Source of the DNA: Paraphysomonas bandaiensis
Taxonomy: Eukaryota > Protista > Chrysophyceae
Assembly (NCBI GenBank): GCA_965644295.1
Contig: CBFFRP010000218.1
Coordinates: 62,001-126,000, forward strand
Length of the DNA stretch: 64,000 bases
Reading direction: 5' to 3'
The translations under genes and the position numbers were made by a program. Under the pieces are notes generated by a model. That model saw nothing but the letters and a program-made list of their open reading frames with translations. It was not told the DNA's origin and searched no databases. Each line of letters starts with the position of its first letter. Position 1 is the first letter of the stretch. Shown piece by piece: positions 49,353-58,789 of this stretch.

Positions 49353-51686
49353 AACCTTTTGTATTGTGACCTCTGATTATGTAAATTCTGCTTATATATA
49401 ACCTGCGACAATATAGTCATCACTTTACACTGCTACAGATCACGTATTATTGTTGTATGACAGGCATGTTGTGTAATATACGATATATTAGTGTGATGTA
49501 ATGTAATTCCCTATATATTAAGCATTTCTCACCACATGTCCTCTGTTGTAGTCGACTTCTTTGATATAACAATAGAATTTGTTCGACAATAATTTAAAGT
49601 ACCTGACTGAATGTTGAGCTCACTCAATTCTATGAATCACTACATGCATTTAGAATTGTAATATGCATTTGTCATCATTCATTGTAATCACTATATTGAT
49701 GTTTTCACTGTAGCCAACCAATATTTTACGATCTCAGATAGACACTATCTTATTATACAGTTAATATATTTCAGTTTCAAACCTAGTTCGTATAACTTCA
49801 TTTGGTTTATATAATACAATATACTATATTCTACTTTATTCTGTACTCTTCAAAAGACAGTTTGTTATCTAAAAAAACAAAGATGCAGCGTTCAATTATT
49901 TACAAAAATATAAAACGCAAACCTCCCTCTTGAAAGCTAATGAACAAGGGTAAGCTAGAGTTGATATGCACTCTTTTCTTACTACATGTATGTAATTATA
50001 TAATATTATTCCTAAGTCGTAAGTATGTTTCTAACCATTCCGTTCGACGTTCGATAAATGTAGTCAGATGGTCGTCCTTTGGTAGTAATTCCATGTAGCA
50101 TGTAGTACGTGACTGTGGTGGCTGTTGTATTATTGAAGGCATGAGTTGGAGATGTGTCTGCAGGTTGTATATGTCTGCGCTGGATGTATGTCGATATGGT
50201 CTGAGGTTTATTATAAGTAGCTACCTGTCTTCAGTTTGAGTGTGACTGTAATAGTGTTTGAGAGGTTAAGTCGTCGTCTTGAGGTAGATACTCAAAGTAA
50301 AAATGAGGATAGCCAGATTATTGCTAGGATGCGGTGCGTTTCGTGCTCTGGTGTTGGAGGGAAGTGTACTGGGAGTTTTTTTATATATCGGGGGATATGA
50401 CTGGTATTATATTGATAAAATCTTTATCTTTAAACATTCAGATCATCACTTTCTTAGAGGATAATACGGTTGTATTGTATGTTCGAGTTAGAGCATCTCA
50501 ATCATTGCCTTATAATATATCTAACTTTTCCGACTACTCCAGAGTGATAGCATGCATTGGCATATGAGTAGGATAAACCTCTTTCGAAATTGTGTCTACC
50601 ACATTTATCTTTTTTTCAGCTTGCTTTGTTACTTAAATTTGAGATATATATAGCTATATATTTGTATGAATTATATAGCCAGTTTATGACAGTTCATGTC
50701 ATACTTCAAGTATTTCATATGTATTATCTACCGTATTTCAAAATTTACGACACAGACACAGAATAAACCGGTATCATGTACGTGCTATTTACCCTCTATA
50801 TAGTAACTAACTACTACTTATACCAACCTCATTTTTTAGCCACAATAATACATTAATTATTAAGTATTTCTTTAACTGCAGTCATGAGTTATTTTACCCC
50901 ATATTATTTTAGGAGTATAACAACAAGAGTGTGTAATCTTATGAGTCATTCTACCCCGTATAATATATATTATTAGTAGTAGTACAACAAGAAGCATGTT
51001 ATTTTTTCAGCACTCTATAATTCAAACCGTATTGACTCCTCTAGACTGTTTCTTGATCTATATATAAAATGACCATTTATATGATTATCTTTAACTCTAG
51101 TCAATATAAAATTATATATGCTATATATATTACGTTGCAATATAATAGTATGTTGTAGTGATGTTGTTGACGATAGTGAGTACTATCAAAAATATAATAA
51201 AAAAAACTGCATTTATATCATCTTTACGTAGTACTAATTCCTTTGACGAATACACTCCAAATTTCTATTCTACGGCGTATCAGAAATAGAAGCTTGATAC
51301 GCAGCTGATACGATATTTCAAATTCATTCACATATAAGATTAGCTGTACAGGTCAACGACTACGACTTCTTGATAACTTCAGTAAATATAAACGTTGCAG
51401 CAAATACGTTCCAAATGTCTACAGTACAGAATTGGGCAGGTCTTCTTCGAACAAATTCCATTGTTTTATATCGAAGTATTCAACTACAACAGAGGGTATG
51501 GTGAGAAATGCTTAATATATAGGGCATTACAGTACATCACACTGATATATCATATATTACACAACATGCCTGTCATACAACAATAATGCAGTTTAAAGTA
51601 ATTTGTAGCAGTTTAAAGTGATGACTATTGCCGCAGGGTATATATAAGCAAAAATGACATAATCAGAGGTCACAATATAAAAGGTT
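49353..51686. repeat. ~240-bp imperfect inverted repeat pair (49353-49586 and 51447-51686)
   Basis: For example TTATTGTTGTATGACAGGCATGTTGTGTAATATA vs TATATTACACAACATGCCTGTCATACAACAATAA, and ATTGTGACCTCTGATTATGT vs ACATAATCAGAGGTCACAAT. Confidence 0.9.
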
Positions 51687-53197
51687 CGCGTATGTCCCAA
51701 TATAAAATATAAATAGCATCAATTTATATATGTGTTGAATATAATTCGCAGTGTATACCTTCCTTTTTCAATCCAAAGCCGCCATCAACGACATCTTCAC
51801 ATAGGCATTCCTCATTCGATATAGACCATTCACAAGGATTACATATTGGATCTTTAATAGTGACAGGAGACGAACAATGATCAGTTGACAATTTTTCTCC
51901 ATAATGACATGATTCGAAGGTGTTGAGTGATTTAATAGCAGAAGATGGTGCCTCTCGAAGCTTTCTCTGCACTGATTCAACAAAACTAAATGCAATTCAG
52001 ATTACTATACAGTATATCGTTTGCCATCATCATGTGTATATTGTATCCATATAGCATCATATTATATAGCCGTTTTTCACTATAAATATTGTACAATGTA
52101 CATATTAGTGTTCCGCAAAGTAACAGAAAGACTCTTATATGTACATCTAGTAGGATATATATACACATCTCAAAATGAATTGTAGTCGCGTATGAAATAT
52201 TTTTTAACTAATAATTGCTACAGTAACATACCGAATAGCATCCAGCAAATTCAAAAAAGAAGAATAGCTGGCTGACACTTCATTCAGAGTTCCATAGAGA
52301 GCGGATAGTACTATATAATATTGCATTATACTCTTGCACACTAACTCATGCTGCACTGGATAGAGTGCGATGTCCAATAAAGTATAAATGTGTTATACGT
52401 ACAAGCTTCACACTACCTGACGACACAACCTCTTTTTGAGCTCCCAACTCCCATCTGCAGACTATTTAGTATTGCACGACCAAGATAAAGTATTGTAGCG
52501 TAGAATATACGAGCTCATGTCATGCTACATCACCGACTTGATGTTGTTTCTCAGGTAAACGACTTGAGCTGGCTCCATTTTTCTTACGAATACAAGGAAC
52601 CTGTTCCAACAGCATAACTCTTGATACTCACAGCAATGTGTACTGTAGAATATACAGTATAACGTACATATCTATCCAATTAGTTGTGTCGCTTTCAATG
52701 TCACCACAGATGTGGTCATCGTTCATAACATTCGAGTCAGTGCTATGATATGATTGATAGGCCTCTCTATGTACAGGTGTGCCCTCAACAGTACATTGCT
52801 GACCATTACTATACAATTATATGAATATATTACACTCTATATCCTCATATAGCATCATACTTATAATATAAGATCTCTGTCATCTGATTGGCTGATAGTA
52901 CACCGGCTCTGTTATCTGATTGGCTAATAATGGACTGATCTCTGTGCCTTAAGAATAACACTGTATCTATAATGAGGTAGTTTGAAGAGATAAGAGGAGA
53001 ATACCGTCTCGAGATATCCCTTTATGAGTGTTGTTAAGGGTGTTGTGAGGAGTGTGACTGTGTGTTTGACTGTGTGTGTGGTTGTGAGAAGTTACACATG
53101 ATTTGATTGGATAAGAGGTCTTTCTTCTGATAGAAGAGATAGAGTGATGTGAAGAAGAGGGTTTGGTACGTTTCTTTGCTGTGGTTATCCAGTTCAT
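51419..53197 (-). CDS. Putative multi-exon gene of unknown function
   Basis: Minus-strand ORF pieces (53197 MNWITTAKKR..., 52816, 51972) with GT..AG introns and a last exon VEYFDIKQWNLFEEDLPNSVL*. No recognisable domain. Confidence 0.4.
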
Positions 53198-54077
53198 TGT
53201 AATGAGAGTGGTGTGTTAATATGTCTATGTATGTATGTATATGTGACATGTTTAAGTATTGCTAGAGATGTACATATATATACTATAGAAGTACATATAT
53301 ATAGTACATAGGTACATATATATATACTAATAGAGGCATAGATAGATATCTAGATATCTACTAGAGAAGTACATATATCTATAGAGGTACATATATATGT
53401 ATACATTATCACACTTCACTTCACTTCACTTCATGTGCCTTCAATACAGCAGTATGGTGTCTTATATACATATCTATAGTATGTTAACTACTGTAATAGA
53501 GGTATATGTATGTATGTATATGATACCACTGACTGATAGGATCACACTTCACTTCACTTTCCACTTCATATATCTACTTTCGTATACAATATCTGGAATG
53601 ATATACAGCATAGAAACCAATAATTTTTATATGCAATTTAGGTTGCTAGATACAAAAATACCCAGATTTTTATGACCCCAGTGTTTCTGCAAAGCCAACC
53701 TTGTACTGTACATGGATGGTTCAACAGCACCAGGAGTACACAACTACAGTGTACCTACCTACATCTAGAGCAGTACATACAGCTGTCCATATACCATATT
53801 TCACCACCCATAAAATCAAACAAATCATCCCCCTCTATCTCCTCTATCATCTATATGATTGGCTATTAATCCACCTCTATTACATACATATATATACACA
53901 TGCCTCACTGTGTGTTATATATGCATATATACATACAATCCTATCAACCAACTCACTCATCTGAATACCCCACCATCACTACTTAACTTCCATAGAAACT
54001 CTTCATCAATCACTCTTTATTCTCCTTTTACTTTCTCATTGTTCCGTTAAGCTCTAACGTAACTGTATCTCTCTGAA

Positions 54078-56128
54078 ATGTCTGTATATACATACATCTA
54101 TCTATACATATATATATATACAAATATATACACAGAATCATATATATACAACAATACATTCTCTGGTCTATACAATCCTGATCTACAATATAACATGGAA
54201 GCATATGGGGCTTCATGGTTAGCTCATAAATCACGTTTAATATATAAATATAACAAACTCAAAGATATGTATATATTTGAACAAGCTACACTATGGATTG
54301 TATTAGATCATGATGAACAAACACAAGCACAAAATGTTTTATTAACACGTGATTATTTAGATTTATTTGTTGAACATTTATCATCTACAACAAATCTATT
54401 ACGTTCACATGATATTGATTCGTATTTATTATTATCTATGAGGAGGAAGATACGGGCTTTAAAACATCATGCTTTATCACTAGATGGTCCTTTTCATGCA
54501 GATACTATTGCTATTATACCGTTCTCAACACGACATGCAGTTGGGAAGCGTAATGAAAACGTTATTGCTTTACAGAATATGAGATTATCGTTTTTCGAAG
54601 CCACATTCTGGTCTATTTACAGGTATGTGTAAGTTTAGTTCCCCGTTTTAGATTAATTTGACACTATATATTGCGTGATGTGTGGGATTTATATTATGAG
54701 TCAAAGTATTGCACATGTTGTATAGGATAAAGGACGATGAGAATCGCTCAAGTCAGTGAGAAATATTAATGGAATTCTGTTCAGCTTATGTATATACTAC
54801 ATTACACGTGTTCAATGAGCATTATATACTATAGTACTATGTAATGCAGTATATGCTTAGTTTCAGATGTTTTATACTTTGTTCTACACTTATTGGATGT
54901 GTCTTGAAGTTCATTATTACTTTATTATCCAGATACATCCGACATATTGCAGTAGGAGTATCGAACAAAGATGAACTAATCCGACTGAAAAAACTGGATC
55001 TCCCAATTTTCCATATATTCGAGGTTGGCGCTGTTTGAAATATACTGTTTTTATCTCGCTGTGATAATGTATGCTGAGAAGCTATAGTATATATTACATT
55101 TCATCAGCCACGATATACATCATTGAGACTGATGTGGTGTGTATTCGGATATATATACTTTCGGATGGCGCATATCTGATTACGCCACCATATTAAGTCC
55201 TCTTATCCTTTTATATCAGGTGATTGCATCTGAAAACGACCCACGGTGGGACTTGCCTAAAAGGCTTCTTTTGTCTTCGGCGGAGGCTTTAATGGGCAAC
55301 TATTCGGTCCCGAATATTTCTTCAGGGAACCCCAATTACTATCAACAATATCATCAAGCAGACGAGTCACATGGCAGCCTAAGCGCCAAATGGAAGGAGT
55401 TTAATTATGTGTATTACACAGAGAACGACCAAATTCTTCACATGAGGATGCACCGTACACTTCACGAATTCATGAAGTCCACGGAAGGACAGTTTATGAT
55501 GGTGCCACATAGAATGCAAGTGAGTATGAATTGACTGGATATTGTACATTTGTTATACCCACAAATTACTCAGTAGTTATTCAGTCATATATGTAATGTA
55601 TGCTTTACTGTAGACTCTACTTCTTCCTAAGAGTTTACCTAAAAAGTTACAGAGCTCCCTGACTATTGATTCTTGGCGCCGAGAAGTGTAAGATAACAAT
55701 CCACATGTTTACAATATTCAATGTCAATACATCGTGCACTACATTTATATGCATGTTTCATGGTTCTGTTTTCCTTGTCATGGATAATATCTCACGATGT
55801 TTCTTGTATCAGTCTTTCTGATGTGCACCTCACTATTGAGAACGCTACATCCCCGGTTGGCAGCTGCTGTGATAACGGTCGATATTATTTCAAATCATCA
55901 TGTGGTAACTTCTGGTATAATTGTGAAGATTGGGGTTTGAAAAACATGAAAAACTGGATGAAGTTTGGAAAATATGGGTTTTCTATGCCACAAACCACTG
56001 AACATTTAGGTAGATGCGAGTATAGTCCAGTCAGGAAGTACTGTCCTATCCCACCCAACTGCAAATATAGAATACCCAGGAGTATATCAGATGGGTGTTG
56101 GGAAATTCAAAACGTATCATCGATATAG
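54078..56128 (+). CDS. Multi-exon protein, possibly glycosyltransferase-like with a Cys-rich tail; true start uncertain
   Basis: Exons joined by GT..AG: TIAIIPFS...FEATFWSIYR|YIRHIAVGV, WKEFNYVYYTENDQILHMR...VPHRMQ, and GSCCDNG...CGNFWYNC. Confidence 0.6.
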
Positions 56129-56221
56129 TGTTACTAAAAATAAATAAGTTTTCCGACATCTCTGTGTTGTATTGCTCGGACATCCGTTAAACTAAATAAA
56201 ACATTCACACTTCTGTCGCAC

Positions 56222-57170
56222 CAAGGCTGCGTAACAATTAATTGAATTGCATATAATTGCAATTAAATTGCATGGAATATATGAAATAATTGCAATTTAC
56301 TGTAATTGCTTGCTGGAAAGTTGCAATTAATATCAATTATTTACAATTTTGTATAAGGATATATTAGAATTAGCATTTGGAAAACATTAAGGACGACTTG
56401 TTGATTTTTTTGCTTAGTTTCTACACAATTAGTAGTGGAGTAAATATGCTTCAAGCAGCGGTACGTAATGCTTTGGTCGTGCGAAGTTGCTTTTGTTCTT
56501 GGTGCGCTTGGTGTCTCTCATCAGTGAGTCGACACCATCACATTCTTTTTCCTCGTCTTCATCATGATCTCTCAACATAGTGGACTCACACCTTTTCGTG
56601 GTGTTCTGGGGGATAACCGGAGATATTTTTTGGGAAACTAACGTGAGCTGTATATATAGTCAGTAGATATTGTTCTGCCCAATCATAGCCAAATGTTTCT
56701 GTGGTACAAAGGACATTAATTAGTGTCACTTGTGTAGACATCTTTGAGCCTTGACGAATAAACAGGCATTCGGGAATGGGCCCACCTCAAGGGCATCCGG
56801 GGTATTGGGCTGCCTACTGAAGTCAAGCATCCGGGCTGTTCGCCATACGAAAAGAGAACGAAAGTGGTTGCACCTTGGTCCTTGTGGTGACGCACAAGCA
56901 ACTTTCGTAGCGTAAAAAAGTAGTAGGATATCAGAGTTGAGCTCTCAACAAAGTCGGATTAGCACCTTTTCGTGATGTTCTGGGGAACAAGTACCGGAGA
57001 GATTCTCCTACTAATTGTTTTTGCTACGTTAGTTCTGACCCTTACACTCCTATTGCTAATAATCAGACATTCACTACTTCTTCATCGTGATGATGGCCAT
57101 AATAGAACCTGAGATGTGTGAAATCTATAACATTTGAAATTTAATTACAAGTAATTGTTACGCAGTCCTG
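56222..57170. mobile_element. Non-autonomous hAT-like DNA transposon
   Basis: TIRs CAAGGCTGCGTAACAATTA and TAATTGTTACGCAGTCCTG; 8-bp TSD TGTCGCAC (56214-56221) / TGTAGCAC (57171-57178); subterminal AATTGC repeats. Confidence 0.8.
56569..57078 (-). mobile_element. Dispersed repeat family, full-length copy nested in the hAT element
   Basis: CTCTCAAC...CATTCACTACT flanked by TCTTCATCATGAT (56556-56568) and TCTTCATCGTGAT (57079-57091). An internal second copy of the terminal ~65 bp sits at ~56942-57008. Confidence 0.85.
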
Positions 57171-57275
57171 TGTAGCACAATATGAATATATATCTCCTGT
57201 TCAACGCAAAGTTGAAAAGGATACTTCCCACTTAAGTGTGTTGTAGTCGAATTGTGTATTGCGTTTGTATTACCC

Positions 57276-57343
57276 TATATATTGATATACGGGGACTCTG
57301 TGACACTTTTAGTGTCACATAGTTCCCCATATATCAATATATA
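57276..57343. repeat. Near-perfect ~32-bp-stem hairpin
   Basis: TATATATTGATATACGGGGACTCTGTGACACT-TTT-AGTGTCACATAGTTCCCCATATATCAATATATA. Confidence 0.9.
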
Positions 57344-57558
57344 CCCCTTCCATCAATTTATAGGCGATAGCACTTCCTGAAACTTGGTGGGAGCACATAC
57401 CGAAAGAAGGGTGGTTCAGTCAAGGTTTTGGTAAGTGTCAACAACTGCAAAGCGTTTTTCGAAGTCGATTTCTAAGGTTCCCCCACTGTGTAAATTAACC
57501 GACATTGAATAATCCGTGGGTGTGAATTCACGTGACGTACGAGTGTCACAGAATCCCC
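57291..57558. mobile_element. Candidate 268-bp MITE (PIF/Harbinger-like termini)
   Basis: 17-bp TIRs GGGGACTCTGTGACACT / AGTGTCACAGAATCCCC (1 mismatch), with TAC immediately outside both ends. Confidence 0.55.
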
Positions 57559-57669
57559 TACCATAATTTGTGTGGGTGACACAGAATTACAAGATCGCAA
57601 TTTACCCGGAAAATAAATTCGTTTAATTTTCCTCGGATTATTTTCTTAAAACTATAATAAAAACAAAAG

Positions 57670-57996
57670 ATGGAAAATTTCATTGTGTACAAAATTACCG
57701 GAACGCATACAAATAAAACATATTATGGAAAAACAATGCTACCTGTAGAAGAACGCCTTTCCCTTCAGCTATCATCTTATAGACACCACAAAGAGACATA
57801 TTGTTTATCACCCTATCTCCCAGTTTTTGATATAATTCGAGAAAATAATAATAGCGATATTAAAATTACAATATTGACACCTGGTTCAACTAATTATTTC
57901 AATAATGCAACAGCAATCGAGAAACACTATATTGAACACAAGATAAAAACTGTTGTAATAAAAATGGATCAGATTATACCATGGAGGAATATCTGA
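57670..57996 (+). pseudogene. GIY-YIG endonuclease, frameshifted duplicate
   Basis: FIVYKITGTHTNKTYYGKT...EERL...AIEKHYI. Two extra nt near 57936-57940 shift it out of the DKNCCNK frame kept in the 58101 paralogue. Confidence 0.75.
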
Positions 57997-58100
57997 TAGA
58001 ATATTCAGAAAAACACAGTGAAATTAATAAATGAAACGTGAGAAATATACCCGGAAAATAAATTCAGATTATTTTTTCTTAACTATAATAAAAACAAAAT

Positions 58101-58520
58101 ATGAACAATTTCATTGTATACAATATTACCGGAAAGCATACAAATAAAACATATTATGGAAAAACATCGCTACCTGTAAAAAAGCGTCTTTCCCTTCATC
58201 TATCAGCTTATAGATTTTACAAAGAGTCATATGGTTTATCTTCTTATTTCTCAGTTTTTGATATATTTCGAGAAAGCAATGATCTTAAAAGCGATATTGA
58301 AATTACAATATTAACACCTGGTTTAAGTAATTACAATGCAGCAGCAATCGAGGATCACTATATTCAGCGTGATAAAAACTGTTGTAATAAAAATAGATCA
58401 GGTTTTACCACGAGCAACATGAAGGTATATCAAAAAGATTATTGGGAAAAACATAAAAATAAAATTAATAAAATGAGACGTGAGAAATATGCTCAAAATA
58501 AAAAATCTTGTGTACATTAA
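58101..58520 (+). CDS. GIY-YIG family endonuclease (viral type)
   Basis: IVYNIT..TNKTYYGKT, KKRLSLH (Arg), AIEDHYI (Glu), NCCNK (Asn) and a basic tail YQKDYWEKHKNKINKMRREKY. Confidence 0.8.
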   Translation: MNNFIVYNITGKHTNKTYYGKTSLPVKKRLSLHLSAYRFYKESYGLSSYFSVFDIFRESNDLKSDIEITILTPGLSNYNAAAIEDHYIQRDKNCCNKNRSGFTTSNMKVYQKDYWEKHKNKINKMRREKYAQNKKSCVH

Positions 58521-58524
58521 AAAC

Positions 58525-58789
58525 ATGGAAAATAAAAAACGCGGACGACCCATAAAATATAACTCCGAAGAAGAGCGAAAGCAAGCAAAGCGGTTACAAG
58601 ATCAACTTTCATATAGACGAAGAAAATCACAACAGAATGAAATTTTAGAAATACTATCTAATAATGGATCATCATCATCGATTTATGAACCCTCGGAAAC
58701 TGGAACACCAGTGTACACAAATACAGAAATCCGTCAAGAAGAGATAAAAATTGAAATTTACTCGGATAATTTTAATTTGTGTTTGAATA
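58525..58789 (+). pseudogene. Small basic DNA-binding-like viral protein interrupted by the LTR element
   Basis: MENKKRGRPIKYNSEEERKQAKRLQDQLSYRRRK (AT-hook-like plus basic helix). The frame runs into the left LTR at NLCLNK. Confidence 0.65.

Noticed and set aside
52967-53197. MNW... start resembling the REDIC1/C12orf40 N-terminus
   Set aside because: Only three residues match; the following conserved motif is absent.
56569-57078. Dispersed repeat as an omegaRNA (IscB/TnpB/Fanzor) or hammerhead ribozyme
   Set aside because: No associated nuclease ORF and no canonical CUGANGA...GAAA core found; the long TSDs fit retroposition better.
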